Shown piece by piece: positions 62,701 to 64,000 of a stretch of 64,000 bases of DNA (positions are counted from its first letter, which is position 1; every line of letters starts with the position of its first letter). The notes under the pieces were generated by a model. The model ran no database searches. It was not told the origin of the DNA and saw nothing but the letters and a program-made list of their open reading frames with translations. The DNA comes from Leucoraja ocellata. Lineage: Eukaryota. The position numbers and the translations under genes were made by a program. Location: NCBI GenBank assembly GCA_036785375.1, contig JAWMAR010000070.1:4030001-4094000 (forward strand), written 5' to 3'.

Positions 62701-64000
62701 GAGCAAGTGGGGGAAATAAAAATAGGATTGACACAGAAATCATGTGAATGCAGTTGACGGAAACGGCCTGTTTCTATACTGTGTTTCTCTATGGGTCTTT
62801 GATCCAATGAACCTAAATGTCATGAAGCATAACCAATTGTTGTACAAGTTTCAAGCCTGACACCAAATATAAACGTATCTATTAAATATTATTTAATACA
62901 ATAAATATACCTTACAAACCAGTTATTAGTTAACTCATCAGAGGGGGAATCGCACTGGTTTACATCTCATTGTGTTGTGTACATGCTTGGATGATAAGAA
63001 CAAGTTCCTCCATTTGATGCTTTTCAGAGAGCGCTCCCTGTAGTATTCAACATGACTGCTCCATCACTCACCTCATCCGAATACAGCAAAATGAGTTATC
63101 TGACTCTCTCTTACTCGTTGATACTTGAAACTTGAATTAAATATTCAATCATAATATAGTCATGAAAGTGGGAACATTTTGTTGTTTATCTTATCACAAT
63201 TGAAATAGATCTGACTTTCTATCACACTCTTGTGTTATACTTGCGTTAGCAAATGTTCATGAAAGCCACGCCGTTATGAGCGAACCTTAAACCGATTTTT
63301 CGAGCACAATTCCTCCATCCACACACCTACCGCGTTGATCCACGAAGTATCCAGGGTGTGAGATTAAGTATAATCATTTTTTAATTAATTTTATTAATTG
63401 GCCTCATCTGTTTCCATTTTTATTGCCCATCTCCCTTCCATTATTGGAATTGATCCGTTTTTATTATTCCTGTCTATCCAAATGGATTTTATTATAATCT
63501 TCCTTGCAGCTGCATTTTCTTTCTTCCAGGGTATCACACTGTTCTTTGTATCCTTCCACATCCACAGTTCCCTCTCCCGTGACTCTTGGTCTGAAGAAGG
63601 GTCTCGACCCGGAACTTCACGCATTCCTTCTCTCCAGAGAGATGCTGCCTCTCCCGCTGTGTTTCTCCAACATTTTGTGTCCATCTGTTTTGTATTCACT
63701 GTCCCAACTCATGACTTATTTATCTGTATTCTCTAAATCCATTTAACCGTGTAGTCTCTCATTCCCAGTCTTGTAGCCATGCCCCAGCAATGAGGTCAAC
63801 AATTGGTGATCATATGTTGTCCCCCCCCGCCTCCCCCCAGTCCAACACCCGTTCTTTTACAAAGATGGTCTCCACTGACGCTGCCGCTTCGCCGCGCTCC
63901 GCGTCACCAAGATTATGAAGCAAATAACAGGTAAATGCTCCAAAGATTAACCGTCTCGTTTCCTCCCATTGACTCCGTATTTCTTGCCCTTTGCCCAGTT
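50699..64000 (+). CDS. Gene E (3'-incomplete): L-V-V-V-C2-V-C2-stalk-stalk-[TM], predicted activating type
   Basis: Exons 50699-50735, 52969-53289, 53893-54213, 54826-55146, 56644-56964, 58172-58489, 60787-61107, 62333-62381, 63841-63930; A/B-type TM acceptor ttgcccag| ends at 63998. Confidence 0.75.
52197..52339. other. Assembly gap (143 N)
   Basis: N run. Confidence 1.
52340..52880 (-). mobile_element. L2-clade LINE 3' fragment
   Basis: DHITPILTQLHWLPV..APQYLSDLL..GARAFSCSAPRLWNTLP..FKSQLKTHLF. Confidence 0.85.
52969..53289 (+). CDS. Gene E V0 exon (unique in window)
   Basis: VSGAVWAKWDVRG..YWCRGRNNQC..DTGWYRCG; 321 nt, AG/GT bounded. Confidence 0.88.
53893..54213 (+). CDS. Gene E V1 exon
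   Basis: Paralogue of 12627-12947. Confidence 0.9.
54826..55146 (+). CDS. Gene E V2 exon
   Basis: Paralogue of 13562-13882. Confidence 0.9.
56644..56964 (+). CDS. Gene E C2a exon
   Basis: Paralogue of 15379-15699. Confidence 0.88.
58172..58489 (+). CDS. Gene E V3 exon
   Basis: VAGALW..YWCRETSRQC..DTGWYRCG; 318 nt. Confidence 0.9.
59188..59890 (+). mobile_element. L1-clade 3' end with perfect 14-bp TSD aaaaatcacgcgag (59174-59187 / 59891-59904)
   Basis: Same insertion as 33122-34052 but without the solo LTR. Confidence 0.82.
60787..61107 (+). CDS. Gene E C2b exon
   Basis: Paralogue of 1717-2037; 321 nt. Confidence 0.88.
62333..62381 (+). CDS. Gene E stalk exon 1 (GLECYCENSIPSNYSA)
   Basis: 49 nt, phase 1-2. 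Confidence 0.7.
63841..63930 (+). CDS. Gene E stalk exon 2
   Basis: PTPVLLQRWSPLTLPLRRAPRHQDYEANN; phase 2-2. Confidence 0.62.

Noticed and set aside
1-64000. CRISPR arrays, rRNA or intact tRNA genes, operons
   Set aside because: None seen; the sequence is vertebrate-type, and tRNA-like matches are SINE heads or the PBS

Overview
Eukaryotic, intron-rich genomic DNA. The repeat content (CR1, HE1/V-SINE-like, Penelope) suggests a cartilaginous fish, probably a skate or ray (inference). The window holds a + strand tandem array (~15-17 kb period) of multi-Ig-domain immune-type receptor genes. They are built from CD300/pIgR/TREM-like V exons and FCRL/PECAM-like C2 exons and most resemble the skate 'modular domain immune-type receptor' (MDIR) family. 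I reconstructed the exons by hand from AG/GT sites and codon phase. Gene A (5' part before the window): V3-C2b-stalk-stalk-TM(Arg)-short tail. Gene B (complete, 638 aa): L-V1-V2-C2a-V3-C2b-stalk-stalk-TM(Arg)-short tail. Gene C (complete, 589 aa): L-V1-C2a-V3-C2b-stalk-neutral TM-tail with 3 ITIM-type motifs. Relic D: a truncated V3 exon. Gene E (runs off the window): L-V0-V1-V2-C2a-V3-C2b-stalk-stalk-[activating-type TM acceptor]. This reads as a paired activating/inhibitory receptor cluster in which V-exon number differs between paralogues through visible deletions, and ectodomains appear to be exchanged between signalling types. Introns and spacers contain CR1, L1, L2, Rex/Babar, Tx1 and Penelope fragments (with hammerhead-like cores), SINEs, a solo LTR, and an LTR with an exact tRNA-Ser primer-binding site. 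There are two N gaps. Exon coordinates were counted by hand; repeat boundaries are approximate.
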